Shown here: positions 19,360 to 30,368 of the stretch, in pieces
Layout: each line of letters opens with the position of its first letter
How positions within the stretch are numbered: the first letter of the stretch is position 1
Source: an uncultured Acidobacteriota bacterium
GTDB taxonomy: Bacteria; Acidobacteriota; UBA6911
DNA: 64,000 bases
Assembly: GCA_963827655.1 (NCBI GenBank)
Contig: CAWHCF010000032.1
Coordinates: forward strand, 1-64,000
Direction of reading: 5' to 3'
Notes under the pieces: model-generated
What the model was told of the DNA's origin: nothing
What the model saw: only the letters and a program-made list of their open reading frames with translations
The model's database searches: none
Translations under genes and position numbers: made by a program

Positions 19360-22300
19360 TCACTTTGACGCGAGATATGAGAAGAAGTCGACCAGGCTCT
19401 GGTGGTCGAGATCGTCCAGCAGTCCCTCGGGCATCAGCGAGATGGAGGCTTCGCGGATCTCTTTGACTTCGGCGGCTGAAACCACGGTCTTTTCGCCCTC
19501 GGCTTCCTGAACTACAAACGCCTCAGGCGTCGGATCGAGAATGAATCCGGTCAGCCTCCGACCATCTTTGAACTCGACGTTAAAACCGGTGTATTCCTTG
19601 CGTATTGAGGCGCTCGGATCGACGATGTTGGCGATCAACTGGTCGAGATTGCGGCGATCGAACCCGGTCAGTTCCGGCCCTATGGTTTGTCCTTCACCGA
19701 ATAACGTGTGGCACCGGGCGCAGCGCTTGGAAAAGATCTCCTTCCCCTTTGTGCGATCGAATCCTCGCCCCGGCCGGCTGAAGAGTTCCACCGGGCCGAC
19801 GATGCCGGCCATGGTTCGCACCATCTCGGCCTTGTCGCTTGCGCCGGAGGGGCGAACATGTCCCCAGTTTTTTTCAACCAGCGCCTGCAGTTCGGGATCG
19901 TTATGCTGCAGGATCCTTCGGGCCAGCGAGATGGGTTGATCACGAAAGGCAGGGCCGAAGGACAAGACAAGCTTCCGCGCCCAGTCTTTTCGGCTCGCGA
20001 GGATATCGAGCGTCCGTTCGCGCATGGTCGGGCTCATGGTCTTGGACCTTCGGAGCAACGCATCGCCGACCCTCGGATCGGCAAAGCGGCCGAGCCCGTT
20101 GACAATAGGAAGGGTCAGGACGTCGGATTTCTCGCCTTCAAGCAAAGCCAGCAGGACGCGAAGTTCCTCCGGTCCCCCGATCTGGCTGAGAAGCTCGATC
20201 GCCGTCAGACGTTCCTCGGTCTTGACCGACGTAGTGCGGGCAATGGATCGGATTTTCTGCCTGGCCTCCTCGTTCCCCAACCTCCCTGCCAAACGAATCA
20301 GCGTGGGACTCGGGCTTCCTTTTTTCCAGAGCTTCGCCAGCTGCCCCCCTAGCGCCGCAGGAGGGGAAGCAAAGCTGCGACCCGCCAGTCCTAGGTCAAT
20401 CCCGTCCAGAACGCGATCGACTGATCCGGGGTCTGGCGACAACTCCAGCAGCCTGGCACAGGCTGCGAAATCGTCGTTCGATCCAGTGGACGCAAGCCGG
20501 CGCGCCATGCGCCCCACAAGATGCCGGCGGACTAACTCGAGGGTCCATGACTCGGGCTGCGTGAGGAGTTCGACCAGGGCTTCCCGGTCCGTGGCGGTGT
20601 GGCTCTCGATGGCCCACCAGAGGAGCAGCGGAAGTTGCGGGTCCTCGGCGTCCTGATCGCGACGGATTAACTGCGCGAGAAGTGGCAGGGCCTGCCTGCT
20701 TGCAAGCCGTCGGGCCGATGCGGCAAGCTGGCTGCGGACGTGGATCTGGGTTTCGCTCTTCGCCAGCGCCACCAGACATTCCAGGGTAGCGGGTGACACC
20801 TCGCGCGCGTCGCTCAGAAAGCGCGCGGTCCACATGCGTACCGGACCGAAGGAATGCGTGAGCAGCTTCTGCGCCAGCTCTTCGTTGAATCCGCCCGTCA
20901 CGTACAGCGCCCAAAGATATTCCAGCGCCAGGTGCTCTCGGGCCTCGAAAATTCGAGCGCGCAACACCGGGACGATAGATGAGTCGCGGCGTTCCGCGAG
21001 GATGCGCCGCGCTTCGCGATGAAACCATTCATTGGGGTGCTCGAGCATACCGGTCAGGTCAGCGCTGGAAAGCCCGCCCAGGTGTATCCTTGGCGCCTGG
21101 CGGTTTCCCTGGTACGCGATTCGGTAAATACGGCCGGTTGCTTTATCCCAGGTGTCGTCCCGCGTGTTGTTGTGAGTGGCGCGCAGGTCATACCAGTCGG
21201 CGACGTAGACGGCGCCATCCGGCCCTGTGCTGAGGTCCACAGGGCGAAACCGTTCGTCGTTGGCGATCAACAAGTCGCCGCCCTGTCTGGTTGCAAATGT
21301 GGATCCCACGGGATCAAGTTCGAACCAGTAGATCGCGTTTGAGAGAATGTTGGCTGCTATGTGGATGCCGCGAAAACTTTCAGGAAACGCGTCCCCCTGG
21401 TACATGAGCCCGCCGATCGTAACGTGGCCCCCCTTGAACGGTCCGCGATGCTCGGCGTGAGGAAAGTAACCAAACGCATACGGGTTACTTAAAGGCCCGT
21501 GTTTCTCAAAACCCTTGACGTAGTAGCCGCCCTGCACCAGATGAAGCAGCGCGTACTTGCTCCAGTTGGTGCCGCAGAATAGATTTCCGTTCGCATCCCA
21601 GTCGAACGACCAGGTATTTCCGCCTCCTTCGGCGAACAACTCGAACTCTTTCGTTCGAGGGTGAAAGCGCCAGACGCCTTGCTGGAAGGAGAGTCCTCGA
21701 ATGTTTGCCGTGACGGTGCTCCCCTGGGCTCCGTAGAGCCAGCCGTCGGGTCCCCAGGTAAGGGAATTGACGACGGCGTGAGCGTCCTCCATCCCGAACC
21801 CTTTGAGCAGGACTTCGGGTGGACCATCCGGCTCGTCGTTGCCATCACGATCCGGATAGAAGAGCAGGTAAGGCGTCTGCGCCACGTAAACTCCGCCATG
21901 ACCGACGGCTACTCCGGTTGCAAGGTTGAGCCCGCTTGCGAAAACCTTGATCCGGTCGACTTTTCCGTCTCGATCGCGGTCTTCCAGAATCTTGATCTGG
22001 TCTGCGCCCTTCGGGCCGTGCGGCGGAGGTTCGGGGACGCGGTCATATTTGGTACGAAAATAGCGATCCCATTCGAGGGCCTTGAGACCGGCAGGATCCG
22101 GATACTGCAAATACTCAACCACCCACATCCGGCCACGGTCGTCCCAGTTCATGGCGATCGGCTGGCGAATTTCCGGTTCGTGCGCGAAGAGGGTTGCGGT
22201 GAATCCGGGGGCCAGTTGCATTTTCGCGAGCGCCTCCCGCGGGGAAAGACCGCCACGGGGCGGTCGGGCGGATTCTTCAGATGGGCGCCGCGAGCACCCG

Positions 22301-22362
22301 GTCACAGCCAGGCCGGCGGCCATGACGATGACAAAGACAACAGCACAGATTCTGTTCGTCAT
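19360..22362 (-). CDS. PVC-type membrane-bound dehydrogenase-like heme-binding protein
   Basis: Lipoprotein-like signal (VTGC); FAHEPEI.QPIAMNWDDRGRMWV propeller; HEAT region; CARCH; ASISLMPEGL. Confidence 0.9.
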   Translation of the reverse strand: MTNRICAVVFVIVMAAGLAVTGCSRRPSEESARPPRGGLSPREALAKMQLAPGFTATLFAHEPEIRQPIAMNWDDRGRMWVVEYLQYPDPAGLKALEWDRYFRTKYDRVPEPPPHGPKGADQIKILEDRDRDGKVDRIKVFASGLNLATGVAVGHGGVYVAQTPYLLFYPDRDGNDEPDGPPEVLLKGFGMEDAHAVVNSLTWGPDGWLYGAQGSTVTANIRGLSFQQGVWRFHPRTKEFELFAEGGGNTWSFDWDANGNLFCGTNWSKYALLHLVQGGYYVKGFEKHGPLSNPYAFGYFPHAEHRGPFKGGHVTIGGLMYQGDAFPESFRGIHIAANILSNAIYWFELDPVGSTFATRQGGDLLIANDERFRPVDLSTGPDGAVYVADWYDLRATHNNTRDDTWDKATGRIYRIAYQGNRQAPRIHLGGLSSADLTGMLEHPNEWFHREARRILAERRDSSIVPVLRARIFEAREHLALEYLWALYVTGGFNEELAQKLLTHSFGPVRMWTARFLSDAREVSPATLECLVALAKSETQIHVRSQLAASARRLASRQALPLLAQLIRRDQDAEDPQLPLLLWWAIESHTATDREALVELLTQPESWTLELVRRHLVGRMARRLASTGSNDDFAACARLLELSPDPGSVDRVLDGIDLGLAGRSFASPPAALGGQLAKLWKKGSPSPTLIRLAGRLGNEEARQKIRSIARTTSVKTEERLTAIELLSQIGGPEELRVLLALLEGEKSDVLTLPIVNGLGRFADPRVGDALLRRSKTMSPTMRERTLDILASRKDWARKLVLSFGPAFRDQPISLARRILQHNDPELQALVEKNWGHVRPSGASDKAEMVRTMAGIVGPVELFSRPGRGFDRTKGKEIFSKRCARCHTLFGEGQTIGPELTGFDRRNLDQLIANIVDPSASIRKEYTGFNVEFKDGRRLTGFILDPTPEAFVVQEAEGEKTVVSAAEVKEIREASISLMPEGLLDDLDHQSLVDFFSYLASK

Positions 22363-22662
22363 TCCTTCTCTTCTACTCTGCAGATCCCCGAAAGTGAAGA
22401 ATAATCATATCTCCGAGAATTCTGTTCACCAGGTGTCGACAGTCCTGGCATCGTGCCGCGACCAGTACCTCATTTTTGCTCCTGCCGATCAATCTCTTAG
22501 AGGCGGAATCGCGATGGCATGGAATTTGCGGCCTCGAGCGACCTGGGCGAAGCCAGCGACCGCACTCCAGGAGCTGCCTTTGGAGTGCGCAACCTTGCTT
22601 GCGCCTTGGATTGCGGCAGCTCGCTGCCGCGCCCATGAAATGGTCGCGCAAGGAGTTACTGA

Positions 22663-23860
22663 ATGGTTCGAACCATGTTCTTGTTCTTGGTTCTCTCTCT
22701 GCCGACACTCGACTCCAGTCCCATCTTACTCCCGGCAAGCCATGTGGCCGTCGATGCGACCAGCGACCTGGTCATCAATCAGACCCTTTCGGCCGGCTTC
22801 AAGGTGTCAGGGAAAATCACCGGGGCAATGGATGCCTCGAGCGTCATAGCGCGATCGGGCAACGGCAGAATCTACCGCGGGGGGATCGATCCGGCCAGCA
22901 AGCGATATCTGAATGCGGTTCCGGCGGGGACTTACAACCTGAGCGTCTGTTACACATTGAGCCAGGGGCCATGGGGACGGGTGAACAAGGTTTTTACCAG
23001 TCCGAACGCGGTGCAGATATCGTCGGATACTGCTCACGACGTGGCTCTCCCATCGGTAAGCTTGACAAATATTTCGGGAACCGTATCGGGTCTGGCCGAC
23101 GCGGCTGGCTCGAACAATGGTTACATCGCGTTCACATCTTCCGACGACCAGCTCTCGGGTCAGTTTCGCATCGTGGAAACCGGCAGGTATACAGGACAAC
23201 TGCCTGCAGGATCGTATACGGTGAGCGTTTCCATACTCTTTCCGGGCACAGGTTTCAGCACCCTCTATGGAATCGGAAGCATGACCGTGGCAGGATCCCC
23301 AATAACGGCGAACTTCTCGGTGCCGGATACGGCAAAACTCGCCGGCTCTTTTCGACTGCCAGAGGGGATCGCCAGCCCGTTCCAGGAAATACGGGCTATC
23401 GATGCCATCGCGCCGGAGCCCGGATGCGCCGGCCCTGAAATGTGGGCCACCCGGATCCAGCCTGATCCGTCAGGGAGTTATCAGAACAGATTACTGAGAG
23501 GCAGATCTCATCGCTTGCAGGGCCAGTTTTCTCTCATGGATCGACAAAATCCTGTGATCCTCATAGGTCGTGTGACATTCCCCTCTGCGGGACAATCCGT
23601 TGCATTGAACGCCGACGGCATCGTCGACTTGAATGTCCCGCCGTTACCGGGGCTGGTGTCGATTTCGGGAAGAGTGGTGGACGATTCGGGCAGGCCCGCG
23701 AGAGTGAATGTCACGGCCGTGGCACAAGGAGTCACCGGCGCTCCTAACGTGATGTTCTGGGCCGAGGCTCAAACGGATTCAAGCGGCAACTACCGGTTAA
23801 GGGTATTGAGCGGAAGCAGCCTATCAGATTTCTTTTCTCCCCCCTGCTCCATGGCCGTAA
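22663..23860 (+). CDS. Secreted protein with carboxypeptidase-regulatory-like (prealbumin-fold) repeats
   Basis: Repeats such as VSGKITG, ISGTVSG, ISGRVVDDSGRP and TDSSGNYRL; probable frameshift near 23820, so the end is approximate. Confidence 0.6.
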
Positions 23861-24127
23861 GGCGGGTAACGTCTACCTGGAATGTGGCTCAGACACCCGT
23901 CCAGAAGGCTGTGGCGGGCCAATACGTAATCCACCTGCTGAGATTCGCATCAGCTCATCGGCCCTTCGCGGGAAAACCCCGAGTCGCGGCGCACGATGAT
24001 CTTCCCGGCCCGGGTTAAATGGGTTAGGACGATAGCCACCGGCTCCGGGATTGAGCGAAGGAAATTATCAAGTTTCTCTTCTCTTCATGGCTCCAGCGAA
24101 GTAAGGCGTTCTGCTCAACGGACGATC

Positions 24128-24355
24128 CTATGGCGCCATGCCCTCATCCATCCACCGTTTGAAGATGCTCAGGCGCTCGGCGGACCATCGCTGATCGCAC
24201 GGCATGTTTCCTGATTCAAGCTGGGCATAGATTTCCGAGGCGTGTTTCTTGACTTCCTCGTGTGAGGACAGGTCAAGCCCATAGGCTTGCATCGTGTCCA
24301 CGTCAGGCGTATCGCGAAACAGAGGTCGAATGTCGGATGCGAAACTGACGGCCAT
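24128..24355 (-). CDS. Small conserved hypothetical protein
   Basis: VSFASDIRPLFR...GNMPCD..W...FKRWMDEG; strong RBS AAGGAGG. Confidence 0.75.
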   Translation of the reverse strand: MAVSFASDIRPLFRDTPDVDTMQAYGLDLSSHEEVKKHASEIYAQLESGNMPCDQRWSAERLSIFKRWMDEGMAP

Positions 24356-24575
24356 CGGTTGTGCCTCCTTTGTAGGGTAGTCAGAGCTCGAAAAATCAGG
24401 CTACCACCAGGACCCGAAGACACAAAGCCGGCATTATCACGGTCGTGGTATATTTCGTTGACCTCACATGGCGGTGGTGCTACAAGCGCTAACAAACAGT
24501 CAGATTCTTGGCGTTTCTTCGTGGCTTTGCGCCTTGGTGGTTTTGTTTTGTCGGCGCACACGAAGGGAATAAAAC

Positions 24576-26030
24576 ATGAGAAGCGGGAAGCAGTATCTCG
24601 ATTCCTTGCGCGACGGGCGCGTCGTCTATACAGACGGCGAAAGGGTCAATGAGTTACCGAGTCATCCCGCCTTTCGCGGCATCGCTGAAACGGTTGCCGG
24701 TCTTTATGACGCCGCTTCCGATCCCTCCAACAACATGATCTTCACCGCGCCCGAAACCGGCGCGCCTTCCAACAAGGCCTTCATGATCCCACGAAGCGGG
24801 GACGACCTTCGGCAGAGGCGCGAAGCCATCTCCCAGTGGGCGCGGAAGACCAATGGTCTTCTCGGGCGGGGTCCGGATCACGTGGCAAGCTTTTGCGCCG
24901 GATTTGCCAGCGCCCCTGAGGTATTCGCCCGGGGCCGTGAAGCCTTCGGCCAGAACGTCACGCGCTTCTACCGCAAGCTGCTGAACGAGCAACTCTATGT
25001 TACCTACGTGATCATTCCGCCCCAGGTGGACCGGAGCAAAACCGCGAAGGATCAGGAAGAAGCGTTTTTGCAGGTCGGCGTTTGCGGTGAGAAGGACGGA
25101 GGCATCATCGTTCGCGGAGCCCAGATGCTCGGCACGGCGTCCGCGGTTTCCAACTACCTCTTCGTGAGTTGCATCGTCCCCCTTCAACCCGGCGACGAGG
25201 ACTATGCCCTGTCTTTCGTTGCTCCCATGGACAGTCGCGGCTTGAAGCTCTACTGCCGTCCACCCTATGCGGTAGGAAAGCCAAGCGTTTTTGACTACCC
25301 GCTCTCTACCCGGTTTGATGAAACCGATGCTCTGGTCGTTTTCGACGACGTCTTCGTACCCTGGGAGAATGTCTTTGTCTATCGAGACGTAGGGCTGGTT
25401 CGAGCGCAGTTCTTCGAGACCCCTGCCCACGTCCTGGGAAACAATCAGGCTCAGATTCGACTGACCACCAAGATGCAGTTCTTGCTCGGGATTGCGCGGA
25501 AGATTGCCGCGGTAAACCGTATCGACGCGATTCCGACCGTTCAGGAGAAACTCGGCGAGCTTGCGTCGCTGGCTGCGATCGTGGAGGGTATGGCGCTCGC
25601 TTCTGAAGCGACTTTCAGAATGGACGAAAACGGGGTGGCGCGCCCGAATCCCAGATTCCTGTATGGGGCCATGGGACTGCAGTCGGAACTCTATCCGCGC
25701 GCGCTGCATCTGTTGCGCGAGCTGGCAGGCGGAGGATTACTTCAGGTTCCCTCGACCTACAAGGAATTGATCAGCCCGGAGACCGGCCCCGACATCAAGC
25801 GCTACGTGAGGTCGACAGGTGTACGGTCGGAGGAGAGAATCAAACTGTTCAAGCTGGCGTGGGATCTCGTTGGATCGGAATTTGGAGGACGACACCATCA
25901 GTATGAGATGTTCTACGCGGGTGCGCCCCACATTTCCAAGGGCTATTCTTACCGCAACTATCGCTACGAAGAGGCGCTTGAACTGGTCGACGCCTTTCTT
26001 GAAGGCTACGGATTGGACCACTGCTTTTAG
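24576..26030 (+). CDS. hpaB: 4-hydroxyphenylacetate 3-monooxygenase oxygenase-like protein
   Basis: YLDSLRDGRVVY; GRGPDH; PLSTRFDETDALVVFDDVFVPWE; SEFGGRHHQYEMFY. Confidence 0.88.
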   Translation: MRSGKQYLDSLRDGRVVYTDGERVNELPSHPAFRGIAETVAGLYDAASDPSNNMIFTAPETGAPSNKAFMIPRSGDDLRQRREAISQWARKTNGLLGRGPDHVASFCAGFASAPEVFARGREAFGQNVTRFYRKLLNEQLYVTYVIIPPQVDRSKTAKDQEEAFLQVGVCGEKDGGIIVRGAQMLGTASAVSNYLFVSCIVPLQPGDEDYALSFVAPMDSRGLKLYCRPPYAVGKPSVFDYPLSTRFDETDALVVFDDVFVPWENVFVYRDVGLVRAQFFETPAHVLGNNQAQIRLTTKMQFLLGIARKIAAVNRIDAIPTVQEKLGELASLAAIVEGMALASEATFRMDENGVARPNPRFLYGAMGLQSELYPRALHLLRELAGGGLLQVPSTYKELISPETGPDIKRYVRSTGVRSEERIKLFKLAWDLVGSEFGGRHHQYEMFYAGAPHISKGYSYRNYRYEEALELVDAFLEGYGLDHCF

Positions 26031-26160
26031 TGTTTCTTCGTGTCTTCGTGGTTAGAGCTGTCCAACAAATACCACCAAGACTCAAAGACACGAAGAAACA
26101 CCAAGAATCTTGCCCAAAAAGCAAGTTGGGAAGGATTTGTGTCTTTGCGTCTTCGTGGTG
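26031..26160. repeat. Palindromic intergenic repeat built from (AC)ACGAAGA-type units
   Basis: 26031-26110 is a near-identical reverse complement of 52133-52220; partial copies near 19331, 24403, 24505, 28921 and 50617. Confidence 0.85.
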
Positions 26161-26167
26161 AGCGGGT

Positions 26168-28897
26168 CTAAATCGGTTTGCCGTCCAGGTCGCGGATTTC
26201 GACGGGTCCGAACTGCAATCCGGCCAGCTGCGGCTCGATCTGGGCCCGGTCCCCGACCGCCACGACGACCAGACCCTCGGGCCGCAAATACTTTTCGGCG
26301 ACTCTCTGGACGGCTGCCGGCGACACGGCGATAACCTCGGCCGGCAGCGCGCGATAATAGTCGATCTCGAGCCCGTGCACAAAAAGCTGGCCGATGCTGG
26401 ACGCAGAATACGAAGTAGTCTCGAAGAGGGCGGGTAGCGAGCGGGCGATTGCGTCCTGCGCCCTTTGTAGTTCTTCCATCGTCACCGGGCTCGTTCTTAT
26501 CCGCTCGATCTCGTACAGAATCTCTTGGACCGCGGCCCCCGTGACATCGGTGCGAACCCCGGTACGCACCAGAAACGGCCCCGGACCGCGTCGATAAACA
26601 AAGGCGGAAGACGCGCCGTAGGTATAGCCGTTCTTTTCACGCAAGTTCAGATTGATCCTGCTGGAGAAGAGTCCGCCGAGTCCGGTGTTCATCACGTTGA
26701 CCGGGACATAGTCGGGATTGGAACGAGCGATGCCGACGTGGCCCACGAGCAGCGAAGTCTGCGCCGACCCGGGTTTATCGACAATCACGATCCGCCGAGA
26801 CGAGTCTGCGTTCGCCGCGGGAGGTCCACCCGCCTTTCCCTTTGCGCTCCAGTCACCGAAATGTCTCTGGGCCAATTCTTGCAGCTCGTCTTCGGTAAGA
26901 TCGCCGGCCACGATCAGAGCGGCATTTTCAGGAACGTAACCCAGAGTCCGGAATTCGAGCAGCTCGTCGCGAGTGATCGCCCGGTTCGATTCTTCCGTAC
27001 CAAGCTCGATATGGCCATAAGGATGCGAAGTCCCATAGAGGGCATCAAAAAAGACTTTTGAGGCGAGTGCGTTCGGGTTGTCATGCTGTTGCAAGATGGT
27101 GGTCAGGCGATCGTCTCGAATCCGGTCGATCTCGTTCTGTGGGAAATCGGCGTTCAAGGCAACGTCGGCGGCCAGCTCAAATGCGGCGTCGACATTCCTC
27201 TTGAGGCTTCGGACCGCGACAAAGGAATAGTCCGCCGACGATCCGGTTGTGAGCAAGGCTCCAATCTGATCGGCATCGGCAGCGATTTGCAGGGCCGATC
27301 TATTTCGAGTGCCCTCGTCGAGCATCTGAGCCGTGAATGAGGCAAGCCCGGGACGTTCAGGGGGGTTCGCCTCGCTTCCCCTGAGAACAATCAGGTTGGC
27401 TGCTATCGCGGGCAACGCGTGCTGCTCAATGAGGTAGAGCTTGAGTCCGTTCGGAAGTCTTGACACCTTCGGGACAGGGAGTTCCAGCACTGAGGGCGGA
27501 CCTGCCGCGGGTTGCTGATTCCTCCAGTCTCCGTCCGGAGCCGCAGCTGCAGTTTTTTCCGGCGGGGGTTTTTGGGCAATCTCCCCCGTCCTCGGCACGT
27601 CCTGAAGGACTTTCGCGCCAGGAACACCGTAAACCACAACACGCGATTTTGGCGCCAGCTTGGACTGGGCTATTTTCCGCAGCGCGCCGGTCGTTGCCCT
27701 CGCGTACCGCCGCAGGTCCCTGGCCAGATAACCCGGATCGCTCAGGAAATGGTTGTACTGATTCAAACGATCAGCAACTCCGCCAAAGCCTCCGAGCGTC
27801 TCGAGACCGCGGATGAGCGACGACTCGATCGTGTTGCGCGCCCGTTCGAGTTCCGCGTCTGTGGGGCCATCGGTCCGAATCGCGTCGAGTTCTTCATCTA
27901 TTTCCTTCTCCAGCGTCTCAGGGGCAATCCCGGGTTTGGCGGTGGTCTGGATATAGAAGACCGATCCGAGGCTGAGCGAATGTTGATGGGCCATGACGTC
28001 CTGGGCGATTCGTTTGTCGTAGACCAGCCGTTTGTAAAGACGACTCGATTTACCTCCTCCGAGAATCTGTGCCAGCAGGTCAGTTTCAGCATCGCCGGGC
28101 TTGAATATGGGGCTGGTAATCCACGCCATGTAGACGCGCGGCAATTCGACCTGATCGCTCACCGTCACGCGCCGCTCGGTCCTGATCCGGGGGGTCTTGA
28201 CATCAACCTTCGGAACCGGTGAGCCGGCGGGAATGGGTCCGAAATAGCGTTCGACCAGCGCCCTGGTTTTCGATTTGTCGATGTCGCCCACGATCGCCAG
28301 GCTGGCATTGTTGGGAGAGTAGAAGAGTCTGAAAAACTCCTGCACGTCTTTGAGGCGGGCAGCTTCGATATCGGCATGCGAGCCGATCACCGACGCGTAA
28401 TAGGGATGATCCTTTGGAAACAACTGGTGAAACAGCTCTTCTTCGACCAGGCCATAGGGCGCATTTTCTACGCTCTGGCGGCGCTCGTTGCGCACAACGT
28501 CGCGCTGGTTCTCGAGCATGGCATCGTCAAGCATGTCGAGCAGAAATCCCATTCGATCGCTCTCGAGCCAGAGGGCCAGTTCCAGCTGATTCGAAGGGAG
28601 AGTCTCGAAGTAATTCGTCCGATCGAAATCGGTGGTGCCGTTGATGTCGCTGGCGCCGGCGGCCTCCAGTTGACGGAAATGGTTCTCCGCCCCGACGTGT
28701 TTGGAGCCCTGGAACATCATGTGCTCGAAGAGATGAGCAAAGCCCGTGAGGCCGGGTCTTTCGTTCGCGGGACCGACGTGATACCAGACGTTGACCGCGA
28801 CCATAGGGAGGCGGTGGTCTTCGCGCAGAATGACGTCGAGTCCGTTCTTCAGAGTGTACTTCTCGTAGCTGAGATCAGGAGCCTTTGTTTTGGCCAA
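26168..28897 (-). CDS. M16 family zinc protease (PqqL/pitrilysin-like)
   Basis: GFAHLFEHMMF inverted HxxEH motif; NGTTDFDRTNYF; second half LREKNGYTYG. Confidence 0.95.
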   Translation of the reverse strand: MAKTKAPDLSYEKYTLKNGLDVILREDHRLPMVAVNVWYHVGPANERPGLTGFAHLFEHMMFQGSKHVGAENHFRQLEAAGASDINGTTDFDRTNYFETLPSNQLELALWLESDRMGFLLDMLDDAMLENQRDVVRNERRQSVENAPYGLVEEELFHQLFPKDHPYYASVIGSHADIEAARLKDVQEFFRLFYSPNNASLAIVGDIDKSKTRALVERYFGPIPAGSPVPKVDVKTPRIRTERRVTVSDQVELPRVYMAWITSPIFKPGDAETDLLAQILGGGKSSRLYKRLVYDKRIAQDVMAHQHSLSLGSVFYIQTTAKPGIAPETLEKEIDEELDAIRTDGPTDAELERARNTIESSLIRGLETLGGFGGVADRLNQYNHFLSDPGYLARDLRRYARATTGALRKIAQSKLAPKSRVVVYGVPGAKVLQDVPRTGEIAQKPPPEKTAAAAPDGDWRNQQPAAGPPSVLELPVPKVSRLPNGLKLYLIEQHALPAIAANLIVLRGSEANPPERPGLASFTAQMLDEGTRNRSALQIAADADQIGALLTTGSSADYSFVAVRSLKRNVDAAFELAADVALNADFPQNEIDRIRDDRLTTILQQHDNPNALASKVFFDALYGTSHPYGHIELGTEESNRAITRDELLEFRTLGYVPENAALIVAGDLTEDELQELAQRHFGDWSAKGKAGGPPAANADSSRRIVIVDKPGSAQTSLLVGHVGIARSNPDYVPVNVMNTGLGGLFSSRINLNLREKNGYTYGASSAFVYRRGPGPFLVRTGVRTDVTGAAVQEILYEIERIRTSPVTMEELQRAQDAIARSLPALFETTSYSASSIGQLFVHGLEIDYYRALPAEVIAVSPAAVQRVAEKYLRPEGLVVVAVGDRAQIEPQLAGLQFGPVEIRDLDGKPI

Positions 28898-28989
28898 CCA
28901 ACGTCCCCCGTCAAGATGTTTCGCGTTTCTTTGTGTCTTCGAGTCTTCGTGGCTAGTCAGACACGAAGACTGAAAGAAACGCCAAGAAC

Positions 28990-30360
28990 CTAAGCCAGAA
29001 TTTCCCGGATTACATTCCCATGCACGTCGGTCAAGCGGAAGTCGCGGCCGGCATAACGGTATGTGAGCCTGGTGTGGTCAAACCCCAACTGGTGCAGGAT
29101 TGTCGCGTGCAGATCGTGTACATGGGTCCGCTTTTCCACCGCCTTGAACCCGAACTCGTCGGTGGCGCCGTAGGCCATCCCGCCCTTGATCCCGCCGCCG
29201 GCCAGAAGCACGGTGAAGCCCGGTGTGTTGTGATCGCGCCCGGCCCCCAGCTTCTCCAGACCGGAATTCTGGATCATCGGCGTCCGTCCGAACTCGGACC
29301 CGATCAGAATCAGCGTTTCATTAAACAGCCCGCGCGACTTCAAATCATCGACCAGCGCCGCGATCGGCGAATCCACCTTGGCGGCCAGCTTGGCATGGAC
29401 CCGGATGTCATCGTGGTTGTCCCACGGCTGGCCGTTGCCATAGAAAATCTGCACCATCCGCACCCCGTGCTCGACCATCCGCAGCGCCATCAGGCACCCG
29501 CGCCCGAAGTCGGACACATCGTAGCGGCTCCTCACCGTTTGCGGCTCTTTGCGGATGTCGAACACGTCCGTTGCCTCCGCCTGCAACCGGTAGGCCGACT
29601 CCATCGACTGAATCGCTGATTCCAGTTGCGGCTGCGAGCCGGTTCGTTCGAGATACCGCTTGTTCAGCTTGTCGAGCAAGGACAACTGCAGGCGCTGCTC
29701 CTCGCGGTTCATCTGTGTGTTCTGAAGATTGGGCACCAGCTTCTCGGGCTCAACCGCGCTGTTATGGATGTGAACTCCCTGGTAGATCGAGGGCATGTAG
29801 CCCGAGGACCACAGCGACGATCCCAGCACCGGGAATCCCGGACACAGCACCACGAATCCCGGGAGGTTTCGATTCTCGCTGCCGAGCCCGTAGGTGATCC
29901 ACGCGCCCATCGACGGCCGCCCCGGCAACTGGTGCCCGCAGTTCATCAACTGCAGAGACGGTCCATGATTCCCGCTATCGGTGTACATCGAGCGGATGAG
30001 GCAGAAGTCGTCAATGCGCCGGGCGATGTTGGGAAAAATCTCGCTGACCTCCAGGCCGCTCTGGCCATGCCTGGCGAACGACCAGGGCGACCTCATCAGG
30101 TTTCCCGAGGCCCGATCCGTCTTGATCTTCGGGCCCGGCATCGGCGTTCCGTCCCACTTGGCCAGAGCCGGCTTGGGATCGAAGGTGTCCACCTGCGACA
30201 TGCCGCCATTCAGAAACAAGAAGATGACGTGCTTGGCCTTCGGAGTGAAATGCGGCTGGCGCACCGCCAGCGGATCCGACACGGCGCCCTCCAGATTCCC
30301 TCGCAATCCGAGCATGCCAAAACCGGAACCCATCGTCGCCAGAAACTCGCGCCTTTCCAT
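28990..30360 (-). CDS. DUF1501 protein (Tat signal)
   Basis: RREFL; AKHVIFLFLNGGMSQVDTFDPKP; SEFGRTP; HVHDLHATILH. Confidence 0.92.
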   Translation of the reverse strand: MERREFLATMGSGFGMLGLRGNLEGAVSDPLAVRQPHFTPKAKHVIFLFLNGGMSQVDTFDPKPALAKWDGTPMPGPKIKTDRASGNLMRSPWSFARHGQSGLEVSEIFPNIARRIDDFCLIRSMYTDSGNHGPSLQLMNCGHQLPGRPSMGAWITYGLGSENRNLPGFVVLCPGFPVLGSSLWSSGYMPSIYQGVHIHNSAVEPEKLVPNLQNTQMNREEQRLQLSLLDKLNKRYLERTGSQPQLESAIQSMESAYRLQAEATDVFDIRKEPQTVRSRYDVSDFGRGCLMALRMVEHGVRMVQIFYGNGQPWDNHDDIRVHAKLAAKVDSPIAALVDDLKSRGLFNETLILIGSEFGRTPMIQNSGLEKLGAGRDHNTPGFTVLLAGGGIKGGMAYGATDEFGFKAVEKRTHVHDLHATILHQLGFDHTRLTYRYAGRDFRLTDVHGNVIREILA

Positions 30361-30368
30361 TACGCCTC

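Noticed and set aside
26031-26160. CRISPR or ncRNA gene
   Set aside because: A dispersed palindromic repeat with no regular repeat-spacer structure and no RNA family I recognise
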